NCBI GenBank assembly: GCA_963701295.1
Contig: OY969585.1
Span: 1,504,001-1,568,000 of the forward strand
Direction of reading: 5' to 3'
Origin: Ignavibacteriota bacterium
GTDB lineage: Bacteria > Bacteroidota > Ignavibacteria > UBA10030
DNA: 64,000 nucleotides
Shown: positions 1-10,886 of the stretch, piece after piece
How positions within the stretch are numbered: the first letter of the stretch is position 1
Layout of the letters: the number at the start of each line of letters is the position of its first letter
Position numbers and translations under genes: made by a program
The notes under the pieces: generated by a model
The model's input: only the letters and a program-made list of their open reading frames with translations
What the model was told of the DNA's origin: nothing
Database searches by the model: none

Positions 1-2
1 CT

Positions 3-1568
3 GTTTCTTTTTCTCCCGTCAAATCATTATATACACCTCTGGATTTGTCAAATGAAGAGTATGGGGAGCATCTTGGCTTTCCGGGTCAATATCCTTTTAC
101 GCGGGGTATTCAACCAACAATGTATCGCAGCCGTTTCTGGACAATGCGACAATATGCGGGATTCGGAACTGCAAAAGAATCGAATGAACGGTACCGCTAT
201 TTACTCGGACAAGGACAAACCGGTTTGTCTGTTGCGTTTGATCTGCCAACCCAGATAGGATATGACAGCGACGATCCACTTGCGGATGGTGAAGTCGGAA
301 AAGTTGGCGTTGCGATTGATTCCCTGGGAGACATGGAAATTTTATTTGATCGAATTCCACTTGATAAAGTTTCTACATCTATGACCATTAATTCGCCGGC
401 CGCTATCTTGCTAGCAATGTATATCGCAGTTGCCGAGAAACAGGGCGTTGCAAAGGAGACAATCAGCGGTACAGTGCAAAATGATATTCTCAAGGAATAC
501 ATAGCGCGCGGGACATATATTTTTCCTCCAAAACCATCTTTGCGACTCATTACGGATATTTTTCGTTACTGCAAGACTGAAGTACCAAAATGGAATACGA
601 TTTCGATTTCCGGGTATCATATCCGCGAAGCTGGTTCGACGGCAGCGCAGGAAGTTGGATTCACTCTGGCTGATGGCATTGCATATGTACAGGCGGCAAT
701 CGATGTCGGTCTTGATGTGGATGATTTTGCCGGCCAACTTTCTTTCTTTTTCAATGCACACAATGATTTGTTTGAAGAGGTTGCGAAGTTTCGTGCTGCT
801 CGCCGTCTCTGGGCGAAGATTATGAAAGAACGGTTTGGCGCAAAGAAGGCAAAATCGATGATGATGCGTTTTCACACGCAAACAGCAGGTTCAACACTTA
901 CAGCCCAGCAGGTAGACAATAATATTGTGCGAGTAACTATTCAGACATTAGCAGCGGTGCTTGGCGGGACACAAAGTCTACACACGAATTCACGCGACGA
1001 AGCTCTTGCGCTTCCAACAGAAGCATCTGTTCGTATTGCTCTTCGAACTCAACAAATTGTAGCTTATGAAAGCGGTGTTGCAGATACAGTCGATCCGCTT
1101 GCCGGTTCGTATTATGTCGAAGCAATGACGGATCGTATTGAAGTTGAAGCGATGGACTATATACAGAAAATCGATGCAGCCGGAGGAATGATTCATGCAA
1201 TTGAATCCGGATATCCACAAAGGGAAATTCAAAAGGCATCGTATCGATCAACAAAAATGATGGAAGCAGGCAATTGCATTGTTGTCGGCGTTAATAAATA
1301 CCGTGTTGAGGAACAAGAATTGGAAGGATTATTGAAGATTGATCGTTCGGTACAAAAAGCGCAGATACAGTCTCTGCGTACGATACGCGCGGAAAGAAAT
1401 CAGAATGAGGTACATACTCAATTGGCGGAACTCAAAAAAGCAGCAGCAGGAACAACCAATCTCATGCCTTTTATGCTCCATGCAGTACGTACCTATGCAA
1501 CTGTCGGAGAAATATGCAGTACTCTTCGTTCGGTCTTCGGGGAATATCGAGAGCACAATACACTCTGA
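3..1568 (+). CDS. Methylmalonyl-CoA mutase, substrate-binding (N-terminal-domain-only) subunit; 5'-truncated by the window edge
   Basis: Frame is open from base 3 ([15 protein letters not shown]...). Motifs [53 protein letters not shown]. No C-terminal B12-binding DxHxxG domain. Tyr in RQYAG and Arg in YHIRE fit methylmalonyl-CoA rather than isobutyryl-CoA specificity. Confidence 0.95.
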   Translation, partial: VSFSPVKSLYTPLDLSNEEYGEHLGFPGQYPFTRGIQPTMYRSRFWTMRQYAGFGTAKESNERYRYLLGQGQTGLSVAFDLPTQIGYDSDDPLADGEVGKVGVAIDSLGDMEILFDRIPLDKVSTSMTINSPAAILLAMYIAVAEKQGVAKETISGTVQNDILKEYIARGTYIFPPKPSLRLITDIFRYCKTEVPKWNTISISGYHIREAGSTAAQEVGFTLADGIAYVQAAIDVGLDVDDFAGQLSFFFNAHNDLFEEVAKFRAARRLWAKIMKERFGAKKAKSMMMRFHTQTAGSTLTAQQVDNNIVRVTIQTLAAVLGGTQSLHTNSRDEALALPTEASVRIALRTQQIVAYESGVADTVDPLAGSYYVEAMTDRIEVEAMDYIQKIDAAGGMIHAIESGYPQREIQKASYRSTKMMEAGNCIVVGVNKYRVEEQELEGLLKIDRSVQKAQIQSLRTIRAERNQNEVHTQLAELKKAAAGTTNLMPFMLHAVRTYATVGEICSTLRSVFGEYREHNTL

Positions 1569-1647
1569 TGATACACACGGAACAAATTCATGTTCTTTTA
1601 AATGATTCGTTGTTTCATTTTTGGTAATTTATTGAGAAATATTACAT

Positions 1648-2064
1648 ATGAATACTTCCTATGTTGAGCATATCGGTATAGCTGTTAAGAACCTTCAGGA
1701 ATCAATACAGTTGTATGAACATATCTTAGGTGTGCCTTGCTATAATGTAGAAGAAATTTCTGATCAAAAAGTCCGAACAGCATTTTTCCAAATCGGTCAG
1801 ACAAAAATTGAATTATTGGAATCCAGTGATCCGGAAGGGCCAGTCAGTAAATTTATCGAAAGAAAAGGGGAGGGTGTTCATCATATAGCATTTGCAGTGG
1901 AGAATCTAACAGATGCACTCAAGGAAATTGAAGCAAAAGGCTACCAACTCATCGATAAACAGCCGCGTCAAGGAGCAGAGGGGTTGAATATTGCGTTTCT
2001 TCATCCAAAATCTATCGGCGGTGTATTAGTGGAATTATGTGAAAATCCTGCAACGAAAAAATAA
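1648..2064 (+). CDS. mce: Methylmalonyl-CoA epimerase (VOC/glyoxalase fold)
   Basis: EHIGIAV, KIELLE, GEGVHHIAFAV, IAFLHPKS..GVLVELCE; follows the mutase gene. Confidence 0.95.
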   Translation: MNTSYVEHIGIAVKNLQESIQLYEHILGVPCYNVEEISDQKVRTAFFQIGQTKIELLESSDPEGPVSKFIERKGEGVHHIAFAVENLTDALKEIEAKGYQLIDKQPRQGAEGLNIAFLHPKSIGGVLVELCENPATKK

Positions 2065-2085
2065 CGTCTTTCTCACCTAACTTTG

Positions 2086-2114
2086 TTGACTTTTTTCAAA
2101 AAAAAATGTACTCT
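2086..2114 (+). promoter_or_regulatory. Putative sigma70 promoter for the trp leader/trpB2
   Basis: TTGACT (2086-2091), 17-nt spacer, TACTCT (2109-2114); predicted start near 2121. Confidence 0.6.
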
Positions 2115-2123
2115 GGTACCAGA

Positions 2124-2204
2124 ATGAATAACGAGCTATACTATTCTCATCTGCAACAGGCTTGGCGGTGGCGATGGATGAAGTCCGCGCTTCCGCTGAG
2201 GTAG
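2124..2204 (+). CDS. Trp-rich attenuator leader peptide MNNELYYSHLQQAWRWRWMKSALPLR (26 aa)
   Basis: ATG 2124 to TAG 2204; three TGG codons (2163, 2169, 2175) directly upstream of a tryptophan synthase beta gene; overlaps the antiterminator strand. Confidence 0.85.
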   Translation: MNNELYYSHLQQAWRWRWMKSALPLR

Positions 2205-2267
2205 CTCATTTACACTGATTACCCAAACAAAGGTGGAAACGCGGACTGGAGCGTTCCTGCCTTTTTT
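2182..2267 (+). promoter_or_regulatory. Transcription attenuator with mutually exclusive antiterminator and terminator
   Basis: 2182-2197 (AGTCCGCGCTTCCGCT) pairs 15/16 with 2232-2247 (GGTGGAAACGCGGACT). Alternatively 2229-2242 pairs with 2251-2264 as a terminator hairpin followed by a U-tract. Confidence 0.85.
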
Positions 2268-2359
2268 CGTTTCATGCTGAATCGGATAATCGTGGAAACC
2301 TCCGTTCACAAGCGTGATTCACCAAAATAATATTAACAAATAACCATACGGAGGTCATT

Positions 2360-3673
2360 ATGCCGCGTAAATTCATGCTCGAAGAGCAGGAAATCCCAAC
2401 ACACTATTATAATATTGCAGCCGATTTGCCTACACCGCTGGATCCGCCGCTTCATCCCGGAACTAAGCAGCCGATTGGTCCGCAGGATTTAGCACCCATT
2501 TTCCCGATGGAATTAATTAAGCAGGAAGTGAGTGCCGAGCGCTTCATTGAAATTCCGGATGCAGTTCGAAATGCGTACGCCACTTTTCGTCCATCCCCGC
2601 TCATCCGAGCTCTTGATCTCGAACGAGCACTTGGAACACCCGCTCAGATCTATTATAAATATGAAGGGGTCAGTCCAGCTGGAAGCCATAAACTCAATAC
2701 AGCACTCGCTCAGGCATACTACAATAAGCAGGCGGGCATCAGACGTATTGCTACAGAAACAGGCGCCGGACAATGGGGAAGTGCATTGTCGCTGGCATGT
2801 AAAATGTTTGGTTTACAGTGCAAAGTGTATATGGTGAAGGTAAGCTATGAACAAAAACCGTATCGCCGCTCGATGATTCATACCTGGGGAGCGGAAGTGG
2901 TTGCAAGTCCGAGTACGGATACAAAATCCGGCAGGGACGCTCTTGCAAAAAATCCAAATTCTACAGGCAGCCTTGGTCTTGCAATTAGTGAAGCAGTGGA
3001 AGATGCAGCTGGACGTGAAGATACCAATTACTCCCTCGGCAGTGTATTAAACCATGTCCTATTGCATCAAACAATTATTGGATTAGAAGCAAAGAAGCAG
3101 ATGGAAAAGGCAGGTGTCTATCCGGATATCATTATCGGTTGTGTCGGCGGCGGTTCGAATTTCGGCGGCATTGTACTGCCATTCATCAAAGATAAACTTG
3201 CAGGGAAAAAATTCCGGGCAATAGCAGTCGAACCAGCCTCTTGCGCGTCGCTTACAAAAGGTGAGTATCGGTACGATTTAGGCGATGTTGCCGGTATGGC
3301 GCCCATGGTTAAAATGTATACCCTTGGTCATGATTTTATTCCGCCTTCAATTCATGCAGGAGGACTGAGATATCATGGAATGTCTCCAATCATCAGTAAA
3401 TTGTATCATGAAAAATTGATTGAAGCTCAGGCTTATGATCAAATGGAAGTCTTCGAAGCGGGTGTGTTGTTTGCCCAAACGGAGGGGATTATTCCGGCAC
3501 CGGAATCATCACATGCCATTAAATCTGCCATTGAAGAAGCGAAAAAAGCAAAGTTGGAAGGAACCAAGAAGGTCATTCTGTTCAACTTGAGCGGTCATGG
3601 CCATTTTGATATGAGTGCCTATGATGCGTACTTTGCCGGTAAACTCGGTCAAGGAAACGGTAACGGGAAATAA
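2360..3673 (+). CDS. trpB2: TrpB2, stand-alone tryptophan synthase beta-type PLP enzyme
   Basis: [16 protein letters not shown] (PLP Lys), [48 protein letters not shown]; GGAGG RBS; no trpA nearby. Confidence 0.95.
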   Translation: MPRKFMLEEQEIPTHYYNIAADLPTPLDPPLHPGTKQPIGPQDLAPIFPMELIKQEVSAERFIEIPDAVRNAYATFRPSPLIRALDLERALGTPAQIYYKYEGVSPAGSHKLNTALAQAYYNKQAGIRRIATETGAGQWGSALSLACKMFGLQCKVYMVKVSYEQKPYRRSMIHTWGAEVVASPSTDTKSGRDALAKNPNSTGSLGLAISEAVEDAAGREDTNYSLGSVLNHVLLHQTIIGLEAKKQMEKAGVYPDIIIGCVGGGSNFGGIVLPFIKDKLAGKKFRAIAVEPASCASLTKGEYRYDLGDVAGMAPMVKMYTLGHDFIPPSIHAGGLRYHGMSPIISKLYHEKLIEAQAYDQMEVFEAGVLFAQTEGIIPAPESSHAIKSAIEEAKKAKLEGTKKVILFNLSGHGHFDMSAYDAYFAGKLGQGNGNGK

Positions 3674-3683
3674 GAGAATCTTT

Positions 3684-3714
3684 ATGGGGGCGAGGCCATC
3701 TCGCCCCTGTTTTT
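3684..3714 (+). terminator. Rho-independent terminator after trpB2
   Basis: GGGGCGAG-gccat-CTCGCCCC followed by TGTTTTT. Confidence 0.8.
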
Positions 3715-3911
3715 ATAAAATCACTTGAAATAGTTATTGCCTCTGAATTAGGTTGTTAGTACAATAATACAAGTTTACATCAAAACACTTCTAACTGCTG
3801 TATATTATTTCGAGAGGGCAAATGTCCTTTGCTGCCTGTCTCAACTATACAATTGCTTCAACTATGTGTAGTCATTTCGCAAATTCAATCTATCCCTAAA
3901 TTATAAGGAGG

Positions 3912-6665
3912 GTGTTTGCTATGAAAACCTCTCATTACTATTTCTTGTTTTCTATGGCTCTTCTTGATATGATCTTTACGGTTTCCACTTTTGCTGACTG
4001 GCGGACAGCTAATATAAATGCAGGATCTAAGCCCTACGCTATTGCAATAAATCCTTTCACAAACAGAATCTATGTTGCAAACGAATTTAGTAATGATGTA
4101 ACTATGATTGATGGACCTACCGGTAATACAGCCACTATACCGGTAGGAAATACACCGGTGGCTGTAGCAGTGAATCCCTCAACTAATAAAATTTATGTGG
4201 CAAACTATAATGGTAATAATGTTACAATAATAAACGGGGCCACAAATGCTACGGATTCTGTTACAGTAGGATATGGTCCTATCGCAATAGCTGTTAATCC
4301 GGTGACCAATAAAATTTATGTTGCTAATTATGTCGGTAATACTATCACAGTGATCGACGGAGCTACTAACAATACAGCAACAATACAGGTAGGGAATTAT
4401 CCTTGTTCTATTGCCGTTAATCCTGTCACAAATAAGATATATGTTATAAGCTCTGGCATAGGGCTTCTTCTCCGGGGTTATATACAAATAATTAACGGAA
4501 CTGATAACTCCTGTGTCGTAATAGCAGCCGGATCGATGGATGTCCCCTGTGCTGTAGCTGTGAATCCCGCTACCAACAAGGCCTATATAGTGTATGCGGG
4601 TTCCAGTTCTATCGCGATAGTTAAAGGAACAGCAGTAGACACAACTATTAATATAGGCGGAATACCCTATGCTATTGCTGTAAATCCGGCAACAAATAAG
4701 ATCTATATAGCTGATTCTTATTATGGATGTGTTAAAATTATTGACGGAGCTACTAATGCGGTAAACTCCACGCCTCAAGGAAATTGGCCAGTGGAAGCAA
4801 TAGCAATAAACTCTGCTACGAATAAAATATATGCCAATAATGTAGGGAACGATACCATTTCAGTAATAGACGGTTTCACAAACAGCATAACCACCGTTGT
4901 TACGGGTGATAGCAGTATGGCATTAGCTGTCAATCCGATCACCAATAAAATATATTGCGCAAACCGTGGTAGTGATAATGTTTCAGTAATCGACGGTTCG
5001 AGCAATGATACGCTTGTACTTAACACGCTTGGATCACCTTATAACGCAGCAGTAAATCCGGTCACAAATAGAATTTATACGATATCCAACGATGCTAAAA
5101 TAATTGAAATGATAGACGGAGCGACGAACAATCTTATCGGTTTTGACAGTACAGGAGTTTCCCCAAGTTCGATTGCGCTTAATCCTGTGACAAATAAAGT
5201 CTATGTAGCGAATCAGCAGAGCAATTATGTTACGGAATATGATGGAAACAATCTAAGTAATCAGATAGCTATACCGGTTAATGGTCTTCCCTCCGTGGTT
5301 GCTGTCAATCCTGTAACGAATAAAATCTATGTTGCAGACCGGAACATACATAATGTCACGGTCATCGATGGTGTTACCAGAAATACGACAAATGTCTCAA
5401 CCGGAGATTATCCATGTGCGATCGCGATTAATCCTACAACCAATAAAATCTATGTAGCAAATCTTAACAGCGATAATGTTACGGTCATCGATGGGATTAC
5501 CAATGGCGCTACAAATATTCCCGTTGGAGATGGTCCTTGTGCGGTAGCAGTCAATCCGCTAACAAATAAAATCTATGTAGCAAACCAGCTTAATGATAGT
5601 GTCACTATAATTAATGGGGCTAATAATAGTACTACAAGTGTTGGTGTCGGAGATGGTCCGGTTGCTGTTGCAGTCAATTCCGTTACAAATAAAATATACG
5701 TAGTGAACTTCCTTAGTGCCAATGTTACTATGATTGACGGCGCAACAAACGGCACTACACCGGTCGGCTTCTTTGGTAGTTATCCCTGGGTTGTATCGAT
5801 TAATCCTGTCACTAATAAAATATATGTTGCAAATTTTGGCTACCCGAGTATTGTTGTAATTGATGGAGCAACCAATTCAGTTTCAAATATAATTTTGAGA
5901 AACATTGCAAATGCTCTGGCTGTGAATCCGGTTACTAGCAAGGTCTATGCAACAATTCCTTCTGCTAACGTAATAACGGCAATAACTGAAACACCTTATA
6001 GCGATACGCAAGTTCATAGCGAAGTAAACGAATTTACCAATCATTCGACAACCATTGCCGGGCCTTTTTTGACGGGCAAAGGGGTAAATAGATGGACGCA
6101 ATACAGTACCAGGATCGAAGCTATCATCGGAAATACAAAAACTACTCAACAGCACTGGCTTGTAGCAGCGATAACCAGCGGTTTCGGTACAGATTCTGTA
6201 AGCTGGGCTGCTAACTTGGCCGCTGATACTTTGATGAAAGGGGAAAACTTTATTTGTACTTTAGCTTTGGAATCGGATGGTGCTACTGTAAATAATCTTG
6301 GTGTCGGCACACCATTTGCAGGAAATGTAACAATTTATCCTTTGTACCGAATTGATCAGTCGTCAACAGGTGTAGAAGAACAGGAAATCTCAACACCGAA
6401 AGTTTTCGCGTTACTGCAGAATTATCCAAATCCATTTAATCCAACCACAACAATTGAATTTACATTGGCAAAAAGCAGCAAAGTTTTATTGAAGGTGTTT
6501 GATTTACTGGGTCGTGAAGTTGCAACATTGGTGAACAGTGATATGAGGGCGGGAGTTTTACACAGGGTTCCATTTGATGGCTCCAAGCTCGCTTCCGGAA
6601 TATATTTCTATAGATTGGAAGCAGGTGAAAATGTACAAGTGAAGAAGTTGATGCTCGTAAAATAA
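3912..6665 (+). CDS. Secreted YVTN/YncE-type beta-propeller repeat protein with T9SS C-terminal sorting domain
   Basis: N-terminal signal-like segment; 16 repeats of AVNPxTNKIYVAN...V.VIDG.TN; C-terminal LLQNYPNPFNPTTTIEF...LASGIYFYRL...KKLMLVK; AAGGAGG RBS. Confidence 0.9.
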   Translation: MFAMKTSHYYFLFSMALLDMIFTVSTFADWRTANINAGSKPYAIAINPFTNRIYVANEFSNDVTMIDGPTGNTATIPVGNTPVAVAVNPSTNKIYVANYNGNNVTIINGATNATDSVTVGYGPIAIAVNPVTNKIYVANYVGNTITVIDGATNNTATIQVGNYPCSIAVNPVTNKIYVISSGIGLLLRGYIQIINGTDNSCVVIAAGSMDVPCAVAVNPATNKAYIVYAGSSSIAIVKGTAVDTTINIGGIPYAIAVNPATNKIYIADSYYGCVKIIDGATNAVNSTPQGNWPVEAIAINSATNKIYANNVGNDTISVIDGFTNSITTVVTGDSSMALAVNPITNKIYCANRGSDNVSVIDGSSNDTLVLNTLGSPYNAAVNPVTNRIYTISNDAKIIEMIDGATNNLIGFDSTGVSPSSIALNPVTNKVYVANQQSNYVTEYDGNNLSNQIAIPVNGLPSVVAVNPVTNKIYVADRNIHNVTVIDGVTRNTTNVSTGDYPCAIAINPTTNKIYVANLNSDNVTVIDGITNGATNIPVGDGPCAVAVNPLTNKIYVANQLNDSVTIINGANNSTTSVGVGDGPVAVAVNSVTNKIYVVNFLSANVTMIDGATNGTTPVGFFGSYPWVVSINPVTNKIYVANFGYPSIVVIDGATNSVSNIILRNIANALAVNPVTSKVYATIPSANVITAITETPYSDTQVHSEVNEFTNHSTTIAGPFLTGKGVNRWTQYSTRIEAIIGNTKTTQQHWLVAAITSGFGTDSVSWAANLAADTLMKGENFICTLALESDGATVNNLGVGTPFAGNVTIYPLYRIDQSSTGVEEQEISTPKVFALLQNYPNPFNPTTTIEFTLAKSSKVLLKVFDLLGREVATLVNSDMRAGVLHRVPFDGSKLASGIYFYRLEAGENVQVKKLMLVK

Positions 6666-6774
6666 AATACGAATGAACAGGTATGCAGTTGTAATATGTG
6701 CGATTGTCATTGTTCGAACGAAGATATCTCGATAGAGGCGAAATTTACAATATGCCCCTCTTTTTTCCCCTATA

Positions 6775-7512
6775 TTATAATGGGAAATGATAATTGATTG
6801 CGAAACGAAGCGTGAAACCCGATAAGTCCAATGAGTAATTGGGCCAGGTTTGTCCATCTACGGTTACCTTATTTACTTTTCCAAAAAGATATCCCCCTCC
6901 AGTCATAATAGACCAATTATCTATCAAAAAATATTGGGCGCCGAGCATTACCTGATATCCCGTGGTGAATCCGGTTCTGTTTAAATCTCCATATGAAGAG
7001 TAGTTTTCTAAAACCTCAGTCGCCGTAATCGAACCAATATCAAGATCGACAAATAAACTAAGATCGGAGACGGATTCAAGCGGCATCTCAGCTCTGATGG
7101 ATCCATAGAAAAATGTGCTGTTGATTTGATCACCAGTTGCTTGTTGAGTTGAGACTTTGGTTGTAAAGAAATACTCGTATCCGAAGCCAACCTGAACATA
7201 CTTGTTAATAACACAACCGCATTCGGCACCAAATATCATAGACATCGTTGATGGACTTGTTCCGTCAAGCTGCAGGTTTTGTGTTTTCCAATCCGTTAGC
7301 AATGAATATAATCCATTGACATTAAACTGAAGATATATGCTGCTCTTTGAGCTTTCAGGTTGTTCATTCTGCGAGAGAGCAGGAGTAGAATCAATGCTTA
7401 TCTTGCCAGAATGTTCCGGATCAACAGAGGTCTCTTTCGGATCATGACTCTCAGCAAGAGTAGTTCCAATAAGAAAAAATGGGATAAGATAATAAAGAAA
7501 TCGGTTGATCAT
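6775..7512 (-). CDS. Putative outer-membrane beta-barrel protein
   Basis: Signal peptide MINRFLYYLIPFFLIGTTLA; alternating aromatic/hydrophobic strands; C-terminal AINYHFPL. Confidence 0.65.
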   Translation of the reverse strand: MINRFLYYLIPFFLIGTTLAESHDPKETSVDPEHSGKISIDSTPALSQNEQPESSKSSIYLQFNVNGLYSLLTDWKTQNLQLDGTSPSTMSMIFGAECGCVINKYVQVGFGYEYFFTTKVSTQQATGDQINSTFFYGSIRAEMPLESVSDLSLFVDLDIGSITATEVLENYSSYGDLNRTGFTTGYQVMLGAQYFLIDNWSIMTGGGYLFGKVNKVTVDGQTWPNYSLDLSGFTLRFAINYHFPL

Positions 7513-7533
7513 AAGAGGTTCTTTGTCAAACAA

Positions 7534-9525
7534 TTAGGAAAGTATCTCCTTTGCTTTTGATATAACATTCTCTACCGTAAATCCAAAATGTTTAAAAATT
7601 ACATCTATAGGAGCGGATGTGCCGAACGAATTCATACCGATGATCTTTCCATCGTCACCGACATATTTTTCCCAACCCATTGGAACGAGAGCTTCGATAG
7701 CAATGCGTTTTTTCACGTTTGGCGGGAGAATGAAGTTGCGATATTCTTTCGATTGTCTCTCGAACAACTCCCAAGACGGCATGCTGACCACACGTACTTT
7801 TAAACCTTCATTGATCAACTGATCGTATGCACCAAGAGCAAGCGGAACTTCAGAACCGGTGCCGATAAGAATCAGATCGGGTGTGGAGGAATTTTCGATA
7901 AGTATGTATGCACCTTTCACGAGATTCTCAGCAGAGGAATATTTCCCTCTATCAATGGTTGGCAGCTTCTGCCGCGTTAATAATAACGCAACAGGACCGT
8001 TTTTATATTCAATAGCAAACTTCCAAGAAGCAACAGTTTCGTTTGCATCAGCCGGACGAATAGAAATCATATTAGGGATACACCGAAGGGCGGCAAGTTG
8101 TTCAACCGGTTCGTGTGTCGGGCCATCTTCGCCCACGCCAATGCTGTCATGTGTAAAGACGTAAATCGGGCGAATACCCATAATGCATGCTAACCGAATG
8201 GCAGGCCGCATGTAATCCGAAAAGACGAAGAACGTTCCGCCGTAAGGAATCATGCCATCGGTAACTGCCATACCATTCATAATAGCTCCCATTGCATGCT
8301 CACGCACACCATATCGCATATAGCGATTCTCATAACTCTTTGCTTGGAACTCACCCATACTTTTTACAAATGTATTATTTGAGGGAGCAAGGTCGGCTGA
8401 ACCACCGATCATGGATGGAAGAAGTGGAGCAATAGCATTCAGTACTTTTCCAGATGCATCGCGTGTTGCCATAGCTTCTGAAAATTTTGGCAACACTTTC
8501 TTCCATTCTTCGCCAATATTACCGCTTCGGATGTTTTCAAGTTCTGCCGCTAGTTCTGGATATTTCTTTTTGTATTCTGCAAACTTTGTATTCCACCTTG
8601 CTTCTTTTTTCTTTCCGGTTTCAACCGATTTCCGGAATTGTTTTAATGCTTTTTCTGGGATGTAAAACTGTTTTTCTGGATCCCAACCGTAAGCTTTTTT
8701 TGTCAACTTCACTTCTTCTTCACCAAGCGGTGAACCATGGGCTTCTGCAGTGTCATGTTTATTCGGACTTCCATAACCGATATGCGTTCGTATCATAATA
8801 ATTGACGGTCGTCCGGTTTCTTTCTTTGCGAGTCGAATTGCTTTATCGATCGCTTTAAGATCGTTGCCGTCTTTTACTTTCAAGACATGCCAGCCGTACG
8901 CTTCAAAACGTTTCCCGCGATTTTCCGTAAATGCTAATTCTGTGGGGCCGTCTATGCTGATATGGTTGTCATCATAAATATAAATCAGATTGCTTAATTT
9001 CAAATGTCCGGCGAGTGATGCAGCTTCTGCTGTAATGCCTTCCATTAAATCGCCATCACCAAGAGTTGCATAAATAGTGTAATCGACAATTTTGAATCCT
9101 GGTTTGTTGTACCGTGCACCGAGATATTTTTGCGCGATCGCCATGCCAACGCCATTTGCAAATCCTTGTCCGAGCGGACCGGTGGTTACTTCCACACCGT
9201 CTGTATGTCTGTATTCTGGATGACCCGGTGTCTTGCTACCGAGTTGACGGAATTTCATCAATTCTTCAAGTGGAAGATCATAACCGGTGAGATACAGAAG
9301 GCTATAGAGGAGCATTGATCCATGTCCGCCTGAAAGGACAAAACGGTCACGATTATGCCAATGCATGTTTGCCGGATTGTGGTTTAGGTATTTCGACCAA
9401 AGTATATAAGCGACCGGTGCCATGCCCATTGGCATGCCAGGGTGACCCGATTTTGCTTTTTGGACACCGTCGATAGAAAGCGTACGAATCGTGTTAATAC
9501 ATAATTGATCTAATGATGATGCCAT
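7534..9525 (-). CDS. tkt: Transketolase
   Basis: [41 protein letters not shown] (TPP), [14 protein letters not shown]. Confidence 0.97.
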   Translation of the reverse strand: MASSLDQLCINTIRTLSIDGVQKAKSGHPGMPMGMAPVAYILWSKYLNHNPANMHWHNRDRFVLSGGHGSMLLYSLLYLTGYDLPLEELMKFRQLGSKTPGHPEYRHTDGVEVTTGPLGQGFANGVGMAIAQKYLGARYNKPGFKIVDYTIYATLGDGDLMEGITAEAASLAGHLKLSNLIYIYDDNHISIDGPTELAFTENRGKRFEAYGWHVLKVKDGNDLKAIDKAIRLAKKETGRPSIIMIRTHIGYGSPNKHDTAEAHGSPLGEEEVKLTKKAYGWDPEKQFYIPEKALKQFRKSVETGKKKEARWNTKFAEYKKKYPELAAELENIRSGNIGEEWKKVLPKFSEAMATRDASGKVLNAIAPLLPSMIGGSADLAPSNNTFVKSMGEFQAKSYENRYMRYGVREHAMGAIMNGMAVTDGMIPYGGTFFVFSDYMRPAIRLACIMGIRPIYVFTHDSIGVGEDGPTHEPVEQLAALRCIPNMISIRPADANETVASWKFAIEYKNGPVALLLTRQKLPTIDRGKYSSAENLVKGAYILIENSSTPDLILIGTGSEVPLALGAYDQLINEGLKVRVVSMPSWELFERQSKEYRNFILPPNVKKRIAIEALVPMGWEKYVGDDGKIIGMNSFGTSAPIDVIFKHFGFTVENVISKAKEILS

Positions 9526-9662
9526 TATACCTTCTCCGATAGTTTTCTATTGTGAAACGTGAAGTAAGTGATACAAGATAGTGAAGGCTTCGCAGAAATT
9601 CAAAGTCGCAGAACAAATCCTTTTGCTCTTTTTTTAGAAAGAATCGCATTCATTACTTCGTA

Positions 9663-9794
9663 CAGTCGAGTTTTCCGAGTGCTGCCTCCAGTGAAGAGGA
9701 AGAAGCAGGAAATCATGGGGAGCGGCTGTAGTCTTCTCACTCTCAAAATCGCTGTCGAAGGTTTCCTCCAATTTCCGGCGGGAGATTCTGACGG
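9663..9794 (+). ncRNA. Candidate structured ncRNA (rod with internal bubbles, 6S-like shape)
   Basis: Nested pairings 9665-9676/9780-9792, 9681-9684/9776-9779, 9696-9702/9762-9768 and 9716-9722/9733-9739; many G-U pairs on the + strand; intergenic between two - strand genes. Confidence 0.35.
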
Positions 9795-10232
9795 CTATTC
9801 GTTTCCTTTTGATGCCGGTTCGATACGATAGGAATGGGTGATTTTCGCACTCGCCGCTAATTGAGCAGAGACCGAGCAATACTTCGTTTTTGAAAGATCG
9901 ATCGCGCGTTCCACGTCATCTACTTTAATACCGTCCCCATAGAATACATATTCGATATGTATCTCGGTAAATATCCTTGGATGTTCTTCTCGCTCGATTC
10001 CTTTCACATTGCATTCGTATGCAACAACAGGAGAGCGTTTCTTTTTTAAAATCGGAATGACATCCATCGATGTACAACCAGCAAGTGCCATGAGCATGAG
10101 TTCTTTAGGAGTCGAGCCGGCTTCGCTGCCCCCGACCTCATTTTTTGTATCCATGATAATCCAATGGTTGGAATTCGCTTTAGCGGCAAATATATTACCC
10201 TTAATCTGTCTAAGGTGAATTTCTTTTGCCAT
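9795..10232 (-). CDS. OsmC/YhfA family protein
   Basis: PKELMLMALAGCTSMDV and LSKTKYCSVS, the two conserved Cys of the OsmC family. Confidence 0.9.
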   Translation of the reverse strand: MAKEIHLRQIKGNIFAAKANSNHWIIMDTKNEVGGSEAGSTPKELMLMALAGCTSMDVIPILKKKRSPVVAYECNVKGIEREEHPRIFTEIHIEYVFYGDGIKVDDVERAIDLSKTKYCSVSAQLAASAKITHSYRIEPASKGNE

Positions 10233-10828
10233 GTGCGAGTTTTTCCCTGTGTGAGTGAATCTTTGTTTTTTTGATTTCGTACCATTGTTGTAGTATTGCA
10301 CAGAGAGTAGCAATAGATACAACTAAAAGTTTCCTACCAGCAGCTAATTCAGTGATGATTAAGAAGAAAAGGATTCCAGTCAGACCAAAATCCAGTTTTC
10401 GATTAAAGGACAATTTATTTTGTCCTGCGTGTTTTATGTCCATCTCTTATTTTGTATAGTGAATGTGACCGCATTTCCTATCTTAGGGCTGTCCATAACT
10501 TTTTGTATGATGTCATGCTCGGATGTAAGTCAGAAAAATGTTTATAAAGATACACAACCTTTTGAGATTGTCCAAATAGCACTTCTAGTTTGGATAATTT
10601 TCCAGATGTTTTCTCATATTCTTTCGAAAACTTCAGTGGAACATAGAGTAGACAAGATCCGACAAAACTCATCAATGTGAGGAACTCGGCCAAGAGAACA
10701 TATATTTTGTTTCATACCGCTCTCCCTGAATTTAAAGTGGTGAATGACTCTTCACGGGCGGGCAAGGGGAAAAGGATTCAAAGTAAAAGAGAATAGCTAA
10801 CACTGTGGATTGAGACAGGATCTCGAAT

Positions 10829-10856
10829 AAAAAAGGCCGACGCACCACGTCGACCC
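10829..10856 (-). terminator. Terminator downstream of the small basic ORF
   Basis: On - strand GGTCGACG-tggtg-CGTCGGCC then TTTTTT. Confidence 0.65.
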
Positions 10857-10886
10857 TAAAAATTTCATAAGTTAAATGACTGTCAA

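Noticed and set aside
3854-3866. 13-mer TGCTTCAACTATG shared with 32558-32570, both upstream of T9SS cargo genes
   Set aside because: Opposite orientation relative to the genes; a 13-mer match is expected by chance in 64 kb
4020-5960. Periodic DNA repeats that could mimic a CRISPR array
   Set aside because: They are degenerate codon-level repeats of propeller blades within one ORF; no cas genes
10210-10715. Short - strand ORFs between osmC and the small basic gene, one with an internal TGA
   Set aside because: No recognisable motif, no SECIS-like hairpin seen, and overlapping frames conflict
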